Source: Eledone cirrhosa
Lineage: Eukaryota
Direction of reading: 5' to 3'
NCBI GenBank assembly: GCA_964016885.1
Contig: OZ024740.1
Location: 422,716,001-422,780,000, forward strand
Length of the DNA stretch: 64,000 nt
Shown: one piece after another, positions 26,301 through 41,300 of the stretch
Position numbering within the stretch: position 1 is the first letter of the stretch
Layout of the letters: every line of letters starts with the position of its first letter
Made by a program: the position numbers and the translations under genes
The notes under the pieces: model-generated
What the model was told of the DNA's origin: nothing
The model's input: only the letters and a program-made list of their open reading frames with translations
Database searches by the model: none

Positions 26301-29300
26301 GGTATTTTAGCCTACATATTGTCGTTAATATTATGATGTTCCCTGCTGTATTAGCGTTAAATTTTCCCTGCTGTATTAGCGATAAATTTTCGAGGGTTTC
26401 TCTTAGTAGTTTTTTCATGACGTTATTATTGTTAATTTTACTGATGTAGTATTAACTTATTAACTTGGATATTTACCATGCGGTATTCTAATCCTATTGT
26501 ATCTCTCTCAGTTATTTACCATGCGACCCTCAGTTCCTACCCTACCCCCTCTCTATGCACTTCTTTAAGGCTTACTACCCTGTCTTTAACCTAATTCATT
26601 CAATCTGAAAATATTGAAGAGATAAGACACTTTCCCATTCTTCTCTGCTAAAATGTATCACTAGAGCTGATTCCAATTTTCCCAGCCATCCATCTAATCT
26701 ACGAAGGTATTTTAGCCTACATATTGTCGTTAATATTATGATGTTCCCTGCTGTATTAGCGTTAAATTTTCCCTGCTGTATTAGCGATAAATTTTCGAGG
26801 GTTTCTCTTAGTAGTTTTTTCATGGCGTTATTATTGTTAATTTTACTGATGTAGTATTAACTTGGATATTTACCATGCGACCCTCAGTTCCTACCCCCCT
26901 CTCTATGCACTTCTTTAAGGCTTACTACCCTGTCTTTAACCTAATTCATTCAATCTGAAAATATTGAAGAGATAAGACACTTTCCCATTCTTCTCTGCTA
27001 AAATGTATCACTAGAGCTGATTCCAATTTTCCCAGCCATCCATCTAATCTACGAAGGTATTTTAGCCTACATATTGTCGTTAATATTATGATGTTCCCTG
27101 CTGTATTAGCGTTAAATTTTCCCTGCTGTATTAGCGATAAATTTTCGAGGGTTTCTCTTAGTAGTTTTTTCATGACGTTATTATTGTTAATTTTACTGAT
27201 GTAGTATTAACTTATTAACTTGGATATTTACCATGCGGTATTCTAATCCTATTGTATCTCTCTCAGTTATTTACCATGCGACCCTCAGTTCCTACCCTAC
27301 CCCCTCTCTATGCACTTCTTTAAGGCTTACTACCCTGTCTTTAACCTAATTCATTCAATCTGAAAATATTGAAGAGATAAGACACTTTCCCATTCTTCTC
27401 TGCTAAAATGTATCACTAGAGCTGATTCCAATTTTCCCAGCCATCCATCTAATCTACGAAGGTATTTTAGCCTACATATTGTCGTTAATATTATGATGTT
27501 CCCTGCTGTATTAGCGTTAAATTTTCCCTGCTGTATTAGCGATAAATTTTCGAGGGTTTCTCTTAGTAGTTTTTTCATGACGTTATTATTGTTAATTTTA
27601 CTGATGTAGTATTAACTTGGATATTTACCATGCGACTCTCAGTTCCTACCCCCCCCCCTCTCTATGCACTTCTTTAAGGCTTACTACCCTGTCTTTAACC
27701 TAATTCATTCAATCTGAAAATATTGAAGAGATAAGACACTTTCCCATTCTTCTCTGCTAAAATGTATCACTAGAGCTGATTCCAATTTTCCCAGCCATCC
27801 ATCTAATCTACGAAGGTATTTTAGCCTACATATTGTCGTTAATATTATGATGTTCCCTGCTGTATTAGCGTTAAATTTTCCCTGCTGTATTAGCGATAAA
27901 TTTTCGAGGGTTTCTCTTAGTAGTTTTTTCATGACGTTATTATTGTTAATTTTACTGATGTAGTATTAACTTATTAACTTGGATATTTACCATGCGGTAT
28001 TCTAATCCTATTGTATCTCTCTCAGTTATTTACCATGCGACCCTCAGTTCCTACCCTACCCCCTCTCTATGCACTTCTTTAAGGCTTACTACCCTGTCTT
28101 TAACCTAATTCATTCAATCTGAAAATATTGAAGAGATAAGACACTTTCCCATTCTTCTCTGCTAAAATGTATCACTAGAGCTGATTCCAATTTTCCCAGC
28201 CATCCATCTAATCTACGAAGGTATTTTAGCCTACATATTGTCGTTAATATTATGATGTTCCCTGCTGTATTAGCGTTAAATTTTCCCTGCTGTATTAGCG
28301 ATAAATTTTCGAGGGTTTCTCTTAGTAGTTTTTTCATGGCGTTATTATTGTTAATTTTACTGATGTAGTATTAACTTGGATATTTACCATGCGACCCTCA
28401 GTTCCTACCCCCCCCCCCCTCTATATGCACTTCTTTAAGGCTTACTACCCTGTCTTTAACCTAATTCATTCAATCTGAAAATATTGAAGAGATAAGACAC
28501 TTTCCCATTCTTCTCTGCTAAAATGTATCACTAGAGCTGATTCCAATTTTCCCAGCCATCCATCTAATCTACGAAGGTATTTTAGCCTACATATTGTCGT
28601 TAATATTATGATGTTCCCTGCTGTATTAGCGTTAAATTTTCCCTGCTGTATTAGCGATAAATTTTCGAGGGTTTCTCTTAGTAGTTTTTTCATGACGTTA
28701 TTATTGTTAATTTTACTGATGTAGTATTAACTTATTAACTTGGATATTTACCATGCGACCCTCAGTTCCTACCCCCTCTCTATGCACTTCTTTAAGGCTT
28801 ACTACCCTGTCTTTAACCTAATTCATTCAATCTGAAAATATTGAAGAGATAAGACACTTTCCCATTCTTCTCTGCTAAAATGTATCACTAGAGCTGATTC
28901 CAATTTTCCCAGCCATCCATCTAATCTACGAAGGTATTTTAGCCTACATATTGTCGTTAATATTATGATGTTCCCTGCTGTATTAGCGTTAAATTTTCCC
29001 TGCTGTATTAGCGATAAATTTTCGAGGGTTTCTCTTAGTAGTTTTTTCATGACGTTATTATTGTTAATTTTACTGATGTAGTATTAACTTATTAACTTGG
29101 ATATTTACCATGCGGTATTCTAATCCTATTGTATCTCTCTCAGTTATTTACCATGCGACCCTCAGTTCCTACCCTACCCCCTCTCTATGCACTTCTTTAA
29201 GGCTTACTACCCTGTCTTTAACCTAATTCATTCAATCTGAAAATATTGAAGAGATAAGACACTTTCCCATTCTTCTCTGCTAAAATGTATCACTAGAGCT

Positions 29301-32300
29301 GATTCCAATTTTCCCAGCCATCCATCTAATCTACGAAGGTATTTTAGCCTACATATTGTCGTTAATATTATGATGTTCCCTGCTGTATTAGCGTTAAATT
29401 TTCCCTGCTGTATTAGCGATAAATTTTCGAGGGTTTCTCTTAGTAGTTTTTTCATGACGTTATTATTGTTAATTTTACTGATGTAGTATTAACTTGGATA
29501 TTTACCATGCGACTCTCAGTTCCTACCCCCCCCCCTCTCTATGCACTTCTTTAAGGCTTACTACCCTGTCTTTAACCTAATTCATTCAATCTGAAAATAT
29601 TGAAGAGATAAGACACTTTCCCATTCTTCTCTGCTAAAATGTATCACTAGAGCTGATTCCAATTTTCCCAGCCATCCATCTAATCTACGAAGGTATTTTA
29701 GCCTACATATTGTCGTTAATATTATGATGTTCCCTGCTGTATTAGCGTTAAATTTTCCCTGCTGTATTAGCGATAAATTTTCGAGGGTTTCTCTTAGTAG
29801 TTTTTTCATGACGTTATTATTGTTAATTTTACTGATGTAGTATTAACTTATTAACTTGGATATTTACCATGCGGTATTCTAATCCTATTGTATCTCTCTC
29901 AGTTATTTACCATGCGACCCTCAGTTCCTACCCCCCCCTCTCTATGCACTTCTTTAAGGCTTACTACCGTGTCTTTAACCTAATTCATTCAATCTGAAAA
30001 TATTGAAGAGATAAGACACTTTCCCATTCTTCTCTGCTAAAATGTATCACTAGAGCTGATTCCAATTTTCCCAGCCATCCATCTAATCTACGAAGGTATT
30101 TTAGCCTACATATTGTCGTTAATATTATGATGTTCCCTGCTGTATTAGCGTTAAATTTTCCCTGCTGTATTAGCGATAAATTTTCGAGGGTTTCTCTTAG
30201 TAGTTTTTTCATGACGTTATTATTGTTAATTTTACTGATGTAGTATTAACTTGGATATTTACCATGCGACTCTCAGTTCCTACCCCCCCCCCCCCTCTCT
30301 ATGCACTTCTTTAAGGCTTACTACCCTGTCTTTAACCTAATTCATTCAATCTGAAAATATTGAAGAGATAAGACACTTTCCCATTCTTCTCTGCTAAAAT
30401 GTATCACTAGAGCTGATTCCAATTTTCCCAGCCATCCATCTAATCTACGAAGGTATTTTAGCCTACATATTGTCGTTAATATTATGATGTTCCCTGCTGT
30501 ATTAGCGTTAAATTTTCCCTGCTGTATTAGCGATAAATTTTCGAGGGTTTCTCTTAGTAGTTTTTTCATGACGTTATTATTGTTAATTTTACTGATGTAG
30601 TATTAACTTATTAACTTGGATATTTACCATGCGGTATTCTAATCCTATTGTATCTCTCTCAGTTATTTACCATGCGACCCTCAGTTCCTACCCTACCCCC
30701 TCTCTATGCACTTCTTTAAGGCTTACTACCCTGTCTTTAACCTAATTCATTCAATCTGAAAATATTGAAGAGATAAGACACTTTCCCATTCTTCTCTGCT
30801 AAAATGTATCACTAGAGCTGATTCCAATTTTCCCAGCCATCCATCTAATCTACGAAGGTATTTTAGCCTACATATTGTCGTTAATATTATGATGTTCCCT
30901 GCTGTATTAGCGTTAAATTTTCCCTGCTGTATTAGCGATAAATTTTCGAGGGTTTCTCTTAGTAGTTTTTTCATGACGTTATTATTGTTAATTTTACTGA
31001 TGTAGTATTAACTTGGATATTTACCATGCGACTCTCAGTTCCTACCCCCCCCCCCTCTCTATGCACTTCTTTAAGGCTTACTACCCTGTCTTTAACCTAA
31101 TTCATTCAATCTGAAAATATTGAAGAGATAAGACACTTTCCCATTCTTCTCTGCTAAAATGTATCACTAGAGCTGATTCCAATTTTCCCAGCCATCCATC
31201 TAATCTACGAAGGTATTTTAGCCTACATATTGTCGTTAATATTATGATGTTCCCTGCTGTATTAGCGTTAAATTTTCCCTGCTGTATTAGCGATAAATTT
31301 TCGAGGGTTTCTCTTAGTAGTTTTTTCATGACGTTATTATTGTTAATTTTACTGATGTAGTATTAACTTATTAACTTGGATATTTACCATGCGGTATTCT
31401 AATCCTATTGTATCTCTCTCAGTTATTTACCATGCGACCCTCAGTTCCTACCCTACCCCCTCTCTATGCACTTCTTTAAGGCTTACTACCCTGTTTTTAA
31501 CCTAATTCATTCAATCTGAAAATATTGAAGAGATAAGACACTTTCCCATTCTTCTCTGCTAAAATGTATCACTAGAGCTGATTCCAATTTTCCCAGCCAT
31601 CCATCTAATCTACGAAGGTATTTTAGCCTACATATTGTCGTTAATATTATGATGTTCCCTGCTGTATTAGCGTTAAATTTTCCCTGCTGTATTAGCGATA
31701 AATTTTCGAGGGTTTCTCTTAGTAGTTTTTTCATGACGTTATTATTGTTAATTTTACTGATGTAGTATTAACTTGGATATTTACCATGCGACTCTCAGTT
31801 CCTACCCCCCCCCCCCTCTCTCTCTCTCTATGCACTTCTTTAAGGCTTACTACCCTGTCTTTAACCTAATTCATTCAATCTGAAAATATTGAAGAGATAA
31901 GACACTTTCCCATTCTTCTCTGCTAAAATGTATCACTAGAGCTGATTCCAATTTTCCCAGCCATCCATCTAATCTACGAAGGTATTTTAGCCTACATATT
32001 GTCGTTAATATTATGATGTTCCCTGCTGTATTAGCGTTAAATTTTCCCTGCTGTATTAGCGATAAATTTTCGAGGGTTTCTCTTAGTAGTTTTTTCATGA
32101 CGTTATTATTGTTAATTTTACTGATGTAGTATTAACTTGGATATTTACCATGCGACTCTCAGTTCCTACCCCCCCCCCCTCTCTATGCACTTCTTTAAGG
32201 CTTACTACCCTGTCTTTAACCTAATTCATTCAATCTGAAAATATTGAAGAGATAAGACACTTTCCCATTCTTCTCTGCTAAAATGTATCACTAGAGCTGA

Positions 32301-35300
32301 TTCCAATTTTCCCAGCCATCCATCTAATCTACGAAGGTATTTTAGCCTACATATTGTCGTTAATATTATGATGTTCCCTGCTGTATTAGCGTTAAATTTT
32401 CCCTGCTGTATTAGCGATAAATTTTCGAGGGTTTCTCTTAGTAGTTTTTTCATGACGTTATTATTGTTAATTTTACTGATGTAGTATTAACTTATTAACT
32501 TGGATATTTACCATGCGGTATTCTAATCCTATTGTATCTCTCTCAGTTATTTACCATGCGACCCTCAGTTCCTACCCCCCCCCTCTCTATGCACTTCTTT
32601 AAGGCTTACTACCGTGTCTTTAACCTAATTCATTCAATCTGAAAATATTGAAGAGATAAGACACTTTCCCATTCTTCTCTGCTAAAATGTATCACTAGAG
32701 CTGATTCCAATTTTCCCAGCCATCCATCTAATCTACGAAGGTATTTTAGCCTACATATTGTCGTTAATATTATGATGTTCCCTGCTGTATTAGCGTTAAA
32801 TTTTCCCTGCTGTATTAGCGATAAATTTTCGAGGGTTTCTCTTAGTAGTTTTTTCATGACGTTATTATTGTTAATTTTACTGATGTAGTATTAACTTGGA
32901 TATTTACCATGCGACTCTCAGTTCCTACCCCCCCCCTCTCTATGCACTTCTTTAAGGCTTACTACCCTGTCTTTAACCTAATTCATTCAATCTGAAAATA
33001 TTGAAGAGATAAGACACTTTCCCATTCTTCTCTGCTAAAATGTATCACTAGAGCTGATTCCAATTTTCCCAGCCATCCATCTAATCTACGAAGGTATTTT
33101 AGCCTACATATTGTCGTTAATATTATGATGTTCCCTGCTGTATTAGCGTTAAATTTTCCCTGCTGTATTAGCGATAAATTTTCGAGGGTTTCTCTTAGTA
33201 GTTTTTTCATGACGTTATTATTGTTAATTTTACTGATGTAGTATTAACTTATTAACTTGGATATTTACCATGCGGTATTCTAATCCTATTGTATCTCTCT
33301 CAGTTATTTACCATGCGACCCTCAGTTCCTACCCTACCCCCTCTCTATGCACTTCTTTAAGGCTTACTACCCTGTCTTTAACCTAATTCATTCAATCTGA
33401 AAATATTGAAGAGATAAGACACTTTCCCATTCTTCTCTGCTAAAATGTATCACTAGAGCTGATTCCAATTTTCCCAGCCATCCATCTAATCTACGAAGGT
33501 ATTTTAGCCTACATATTGTCGTTAATATTATGATGTTCCCTGCTGTATTAGCGTTAAATTTTCCCTGCTGTATTAGCGATAAATTTTCGAGGGTTTCTCT
33601 TAGTAGTTTTTTCATGACGTTATTATTGTTAATTTTACTGATGTAGTATTAACTTGGATATTTACCATGCGACTCTCAGTTCCTACCCCCCCCCCCCCTC
33701 TCTATGCACTTCTTTAAGGCTTACTACCCTGTCTTTAACCTAATTCATTCAATCTGAAAATATTGAAGAGATAAGACACTTTCCCATTCTTCTCTGCTAA
33801 AATGTATCACTAGAGCTGATTCCAATTTTCCCAGCCATCCATCTAATCTACGAAGGTATTTTAGCCTACATATTGTCGTTAATATTATGATGTTCCCTGC
33901 TGTATTAGCGTTAAATTTTCCCTGCTGTATTAGCGATAAATTTTCGAGGGTTTCTCTTAGTAGTTTTTTCATGACGTTATTATTGTTAATTTTACTGATG
34001 TAGTATTAACTTATTAACTTGGATATTTACCATGCGGTATTCTAATCCTATTGTATCTCTCTCAGTTATTTACCATGCGACCCTCAGTTCCTACCCTACC
34101 CCCTCTCTATGCACTTCTTTAAGGCTTACTACCCTGTTTTTAACCTAATTCATTCAATCTGAAAATATTGAAGAGATAAGACACTTTCCCATTCTTCTCT
34201 GCTAAAATGTATCACTAGAGCTGATTCCAATTTTCCCAGCCATCCATCTAATCTACGAAGGTATTTTAGCCTACATATTGTCGTTAATATTATGATGTTC
34301 CCTGCTGTATTAGCGTTAAATTTTCCCTGCTGTATTAGCGATAAATTTTCGAGGGTTTCTCTTAGTAGTTTTTTCATGACGTTATTATTGTTAATTTTAC
34401 TGATGTAGTATTAACTTGGATATTTACCATGCGACTCTCAGTTCCTACCCCCCCCCCCTCTCTCTCTCTCTATGCACTTCTTTAAGGCTTACTACCGTGT
34501 CTTTAACCTAATTCATTCAATCTGAAAATATTGAAGAGATAAGACACTTTCCCATTCTTCTCTGCTAAAATGTATCACTAGAGCTGATTCCAATTTTCCC
34601 AGCCATCCATCTAATCTACGAAGGTATTTTAGCCTACATATTGTCGTTAATATTATGATGTTCCCTGCTGTATTAGCGTTAAATTTTCCCTGCTGTATTA
34701 GCGATAAATTTTCGAGGGTTTCTCTTAGTAGTTTTTTCATGACGTTATTATTGTTAATTTTACTGATGTAGTATTAACTTGGATATTTACCATGCGACTC
34801 TCAGTTCCTACCCCCCCCCCTCTCTATGCACTTCTTTAAGGCTTACTACCCTGTCTTTAACCTAATTCATTCAATCTGAAAATATTGAAGAGATAAGACA
34901 CTTTCCCATTCTTCTCTGCTAAAATGTATCACTAGAGCTGATTCCAATTTTCCCAGCCATCCATCTAATCTACGAAGGTATTTTAGCCTACATATTGTCG
35001 TTAATATTATGATGTTCCCTGCTGTATTAGCGTTAAATTTTCCCTGCTGTATTAGCGATAAATTTTCGAGGGTTTCTCTTAGTAGTTTTTTCATGACGTT
35101 ATTATTGTTAATTTTACTGATGTAGTATTAACTTATTAACTTGGATATTTACCATGCGGTATTCTAATCCTATTGTATCTCTCTCAGTTATTTACCATGC
35201 GACCCTCAGTTCCTACCCTACCCCCTCTCTATGCACTTCTTTAAGGCTTACTACCCTGTCTTTAACCTAATTCATTCAATCTGAAAATATTGAAGAGATA

Positions 35301-38300
35301 AGACACTTTCCCATTCTTCTCTGCTAAAATGTATCACTAGAGCTGATTCCAATTTTCCCAGCCATCCATCTAATCTACGAAGGTATTTTAGCCTACATAT
35401 TGTCGTTAATATTATGATGTTCCCTGCTGTATTAGCGTTAAATTTTCCCTGCTGTATTAGCGATAAATTTTCGAGGGTTTCTCTTAGTAGTTTTTTCATG
35501 GCGTTATTATTGTTAATTTTACTGATGTAGTATTAACTTGGATATTTACCATGCGACCCTCAGTTCCTACCCCCCCTCTCTATGCACTTCTTTAAGGCTT
35601 ACTACCCTGTCTTTAACCTAATTCATTCAATCTGAAAATATTGAAGAGATAAGACACTTTCCCATTCTTCTCTGCTAAAATGTATCACTAGAGCTGATTC
35701 CAATTTTCCCAGCCATCCATCTAATCTACGAAGGTATTTTAGCCTACATATTGTCGTTAATATTATGATGTTCCCTGCTGTATTAGCGTTAAATTTTCCC
35801 TGCTGTATTAGCGATAAATTTTCGAGGGTTTCTCTTAGTAGTTTTTTCATGACGTTATTATTGTTAATTTTACTGATGTAGTATTAACTTGGATATTTAC
35901 CATGCGACTCTCAGTTCCTACCCCCCCCCCCTCTCTATGCACTTCTTTAAGGCTTACTACCCTGTCTTTAACCTAATTCATTCAATCTGAAAACATTGAA
36001 GAGATAAGACACTTTCCCATTCTTCTCTGCTAAAGTGTATCACTAGAGCTGATTCCAATTTTCCCAGCCATCCATCTAATCTACGAAGGTATTTTAGCCT
36101 ACATATTGTCGTTAATATTATGATGTTCCCTGCTGTATTAGCGTTAAATTTTCCCTGCTGTATTAGCGATAAATTTTCGAGGGTTTCTCTTAGTAGTTTT
36201 TTCATGACGTTATTATTGTTAATTTTACTGATGTAGTATTAACTTATTAACTTGGATATTTACCATGCGGTATTCTAATCCTATTGTATCTCTCTCAGTT
36301 ATTTACCATGCGACCCTCAGTTCCTACCCTACCCCCTCTCTATGCACTTCTTTAAGGCTTACTACCCTGTCTTTAACCTAATTCATTCAATCTGAAAATA
36401 TTGAAGAGATAAGACACTTTCCCATTCTTCTCTGCTAAAATGTATCACTAGAGCTGATTCCAATTTTCCCAGCCATCCATCTAATCTACGAAGGTATTTT
36501 AGCCTACATATTGTCGTTAATATTATGATGTTCCCTGCTGTATTAGCGTTAAATTTTCCCTGCTGTATTAGCGATAAATTTTCGAGGGTTTCTCTTAGTA
36601 GTTTTTTCATGGCGTTATTATTGTTAATTTTCCTGATGTAGTATTAACTTGGATATTTACCATGCGACCCTCAGTTCCTACCCCCCCCCCCTCTCTATGC
36701 ACTTCTTTAAGGCTTACTACCCTGTCTTTAACCTAATTCATTCAATCTGAAAATATTGAAGAGATAAGACACTTTCCCATTCTTCTCTGCTAAAATGTAT
36801 CACTAGAGCTGATTCCAATTTTCCCAGCCATCCATCTAATCTACGAAGGTATTTTAGCCTACATATTGTCGTTAATATTATGATGTTCCCTGCTGTATTA
36901 GCGTTAAATTTTCCCTGCTGTATTAGCGATAAATTTTCGAGGGTTTCTCTTAGTAGTTTTTTCATGACGTTATTATTGTTAATTTTACTGATGTAGTATT
37001 AACTTATTAACTTGGATATTTACCATGCGACCCTCAGTTCCTACCCCCTCTCTATGCACTTCTTTAAGGCTTACTACCCTGTCTTTAACCTAATTCATTC
37101 AATCTGAAAATATTGAAGAGATAAGACACTTTCCCATTCTTCTCTGCTAAAATGTATCACTAGAGCTGATTCCAATTTTCCCAGCCATCCATCTAATCTA
37201 CGAAGGTATTTTAGCCTACATATTGTCGTTAATATTATGATGTTCCCTGCTGTATTAGCGTTAAATTTTCCCTGCTGTATTAGCGATAAATTTTCGAGGG
37301 TTTCTCTTAGTAGTTTTTTCATGACGTTATTATTGTTAATTTTACTGATGTAGTATTAACTTATTAACTTGGATATTTACCATGCGGTATTCTAATCCTA
37401 TTGTATCTCTCTCAGTTATTTACCATGCGACCCTCAGTTCCTACCCTACCCCCTCTCTATGCACTTCTTTAAGGCTTACTACCCTGTCTTTAACCTAATT
37501 CATTCAATCTGAAAATATTGAAGAGATAAGACACTTTCCCATTCTTCTCTGCTAAAATGTATCACTAGAGCTGATTCCAATTTTCCCAGCCATCCATCTA
37601 ATCTACGAAGGTATTTTAGCCTACATATTGTCGTTAATATTATGATGTTCCCTGCTGTATTAGCGTTAAATTTTCCCTGCTGTATTAGCGATAAATTTTC
37701 GAGGGTTTCTCTTAGTAGTTTTTTCATGACGTTATTATTGTTAATTTTACTGATGTAGTATTAACTTGGATATTTACCATGCGACTCTCAGTTCCTACCC
37801 CCCCCCTCTCTATGCACTTCTTTAAGGCTTACTACCCTGTCTTTAACCTAATTCATTCAATCTGAAAATATTGAAGAGATAAGACACTTTCCCATTCTTC
37901 TCTGCTAAAGTGTATCACTAGAGCTGATTCCAATTTTCCCAGCCATCCATCTAATCTACGAAGGTATTTTAGCCTACATATTGTCGTTAATATTATGATG
38001 TTCCCTGCTGTATTAGCGTTAAATTTTCCCTGCTGTATTAGCGATAAATTTTCGAGGGTTTCTCTTAGTAGTTTTTTCATGACGTTATTATTGTTAATTT
38101 TACTGATGTAGTATTAACTTATTAACTTGGATATTTACCATGCGGTATTCTAATCCTATTGTATCTCTCTCAGTTATTTACCATGCGACCCTCAGTTCCT
38201 ACCCTACCCCCTCTCTATGCACTTCTTTAAGGCTTACTACCCTGTCTTTAACCTAATTCATTCAATCTGAAAATATTGAAGAGATAAGACACTTTCCCAT

Positions 38301-41300
38301 TCTTCTCTGCTAAAATGTATCACTAGAGCTGATTCCAATTTTCCCAGCCATCCATCTAATCTACGAAGGTATTTTAGCCTACATATTGTCGTTAATATTA
38401 TGATGTTCCCTGCTGTATTAGCGTTAAATTTTCCCTGCTGTATTAGCGATAAATTTTCGAGGGTTTCTCTTAGTAGTTTTTTCATGGCGTTATTATTGTT
38501 AATTTTACTGATGTAGTATTAACTTGGATATTTACCATGCGACCCTCAGTTCCTACCCCCCCCCCTCTCTATGCACTTCTTTAAGGCTTACTACCCTGTC
38601 TTTAACCTAATTCATTCAATCTGAAAATATTGAAGAGATAAGACACTTTCCCATTCTTCTCTGCTAAAATGTATCACTAGAGCTGATTCCAATTTTCCCA
38701 GCCATCCATCTAATCTACGAAGGTATTTTAGCCTACATATTGTCGTTAATATTATGATGTTCCCTGCTGTATTAGCGTTAAATTTTCCCTGCTGTATTAG
38801 CGATAAATTTTCGAGGGTTTCTCTTAGTAGTTTTTTCATGACGTTATTATTGTTAATTTTACTGATGTAGTATTAACTTATTAACTTGGATATTTACCAT
38901 GCGACCCTCAGTTCCTACCCCCTCTCTATGCACTTCTTTAAGGCTTACTACCCTGTCTTTAACCTAATTCATTCAATCTGAAAATATTGAAGAGATAAGA
39001 CACTTTCCCATTCTTCTCTGCTAAAATGTATCACTAGAGCTGATTCCAATTTTCCCAGCCATCCATCTAATCTACGAAGGTATTTTAGCCTACATATTGT
39101 CGTTAATATTATGATGTTCCCTGCTGTATTAGCGTTAAATTTTCCCTGCTGTATTAGCGATAAATTTTCGAGGGTTTCTCTTAGTAGTTTTTTCATGACG
39201 TTATTATTGTTAATTTTACTGATGTAGTATTAACTTATTAACTTGGATATTTACCATGCGGTATTCTAATCCTATTGTATCTCTCTCAGTTATTTACCAT
39301 GCGACCCTCAGTTCCTACCCTACCCCCTCTCTATGCACTTCTTTAAGGCTTACTACCCTGTCTTTAACCTAATTCATTCAATCTGAAAATATTGAAGAGA
39401 TAAGACACTTTCCCATTCTTCTCTGCTAAAATGTATCACTAGAGCTGATTCCAATTTTCCCAGCCATCCATCTAATCTACGAAGGTATTTTAGCCTACAT
39501 ATTGTCGTTAATATTATGATGTTCCCTGCTGTATTAGCGTTAAATTTTCCCTGCTGTATTAGCGATAAATTTTCGAGGGTTTCTCTTAGTAGTTTTTTCA
39601 TGACGTTATTATTGTTAATTTTACTGATGTAGTATTAACTTGGATATTTACCATGCGACTCTCAGTTCCTACCCCCCCCCCCTCTCTATGCACTTCTTTA
39701 AGGCTTACTACCCTGTCTTTAACCTAATTCATTCAATCTGAAAATATTGAAGAGATAAGACACTTTCCCATTCTTCTCTGCTAAAATGTATCACTAGAGC
39801 TGATTCCAATTTTCCCAGCCATCCATCTAATCTACGAAGGTATTTTAGCCTACATATTGTCGTTAATATTATGATGTTCCCTGCTGTATTAGCGTTAAAT
39901 TTTCCCTGCTGTATTAGCGATAAATTTTCGAGGGTTTCTCTTAGTAGTTTTTTCATGACGTTATTATTGTTAATTTTACTGATGTAGTATTAACTTATTA
40001 ACTTGGATATTTACCATGCGGTATTCTAATCCTATTGTATCTCTCTCAGTTATTTACCATGCGACCCTCAGTTCCTACCCTACCCCCTCTCTATGCACTT
40101 CTTTAAGGCTTACTACCCTGTTTTTAACCTAATTCATTCAATCTGAAAATATTGAAGAGATAAGACACTTTCCCATTCTTCTCTGCTAAAATGTATCACT
40201 AGAGCTGATTCCAATTTTCCCAGCCATCCATCTAATCTACGAAGGTATTTTAGCCTACATATTGTCGTTAATATTATGATGTTCCCTGCTGTATTAGCGT
40301 TAAATTTTCCCTGCTGTATTAGCGATAAATTTTCGAGGGTTTCTCTTAGTAGTTTTTTCATGACGTTATTATTGTTAATTTTACTGATGTAGTATTAACT
40401 TGGATATTTACCATGCGACTCTCAGTTCCTACCCCCCCCCCCCCTCTCTCTCTCTATGCACTTCTTTAAGGCTTACTACCCTGTCTTTAACCTAATTCAT
40501 TCAATCTGAAAATATTGAAGAGATAAGACACTTTCCCATTCTTCTCTGCTAAAATGTATCACTAGAGCTGATTCCAATTTTCCCAGCCATCCATCTAATC
40601 TACGAAGGTATTTTAGCCTACATATTGTCGTTAATATTATGATGTTCCCTGCTGTATTAGCGTTAAATTTTCCCTGCTGTATTAGCGATAAATTTTCGAG
40701 GGTTTCTCTTAGTAGTTTTTTCATGACGTTATTATTGTTAATTTTACTGATGTAGTATTAACTTATTAACTTGGATATTTACCATGCGGTATTCTAATCC
40801 TATTGTATCTCTCTCAGTTATTTACCATGCGACCCTCAGTTCCTACCCCCCCCCCCCCCCTCTCTATGCACTTCTTTAAGGCTTACTACCGTGTCTTTAA
40901 CCTAATTCATTCAATCTGAAAATATTGAAGAGATAAGACACTTTCCCATTCTTCTCTGCTAAAATGTATCACTAGAGCTGATTCCAATTTTCCCAGCCAT
41001 CCATCTAATCTACGAAGGTATTTTAGCCTACATATTGTCGTTAATATTATGATGTTCCCTGCTGTATTAGCGTTAAATTTTCCCTGCTGTATTAGCGATA
41101 AATTTTCGAGGGTTTCTCTTAGTAGTTTTTTCATGACGTTATTATTGTTAATTTTACTGATGTAGTATTAACTTGGATATTTACCATACGACTCTCAGTT
41201 CCTACCCCCCCCCCTCTCTATGCACTTCTTTAAGGCTTACTACCCTGTCTTTAACCTAATTCATTCAATCTGAAAATATTGAAGAGATAAGACACTTTCC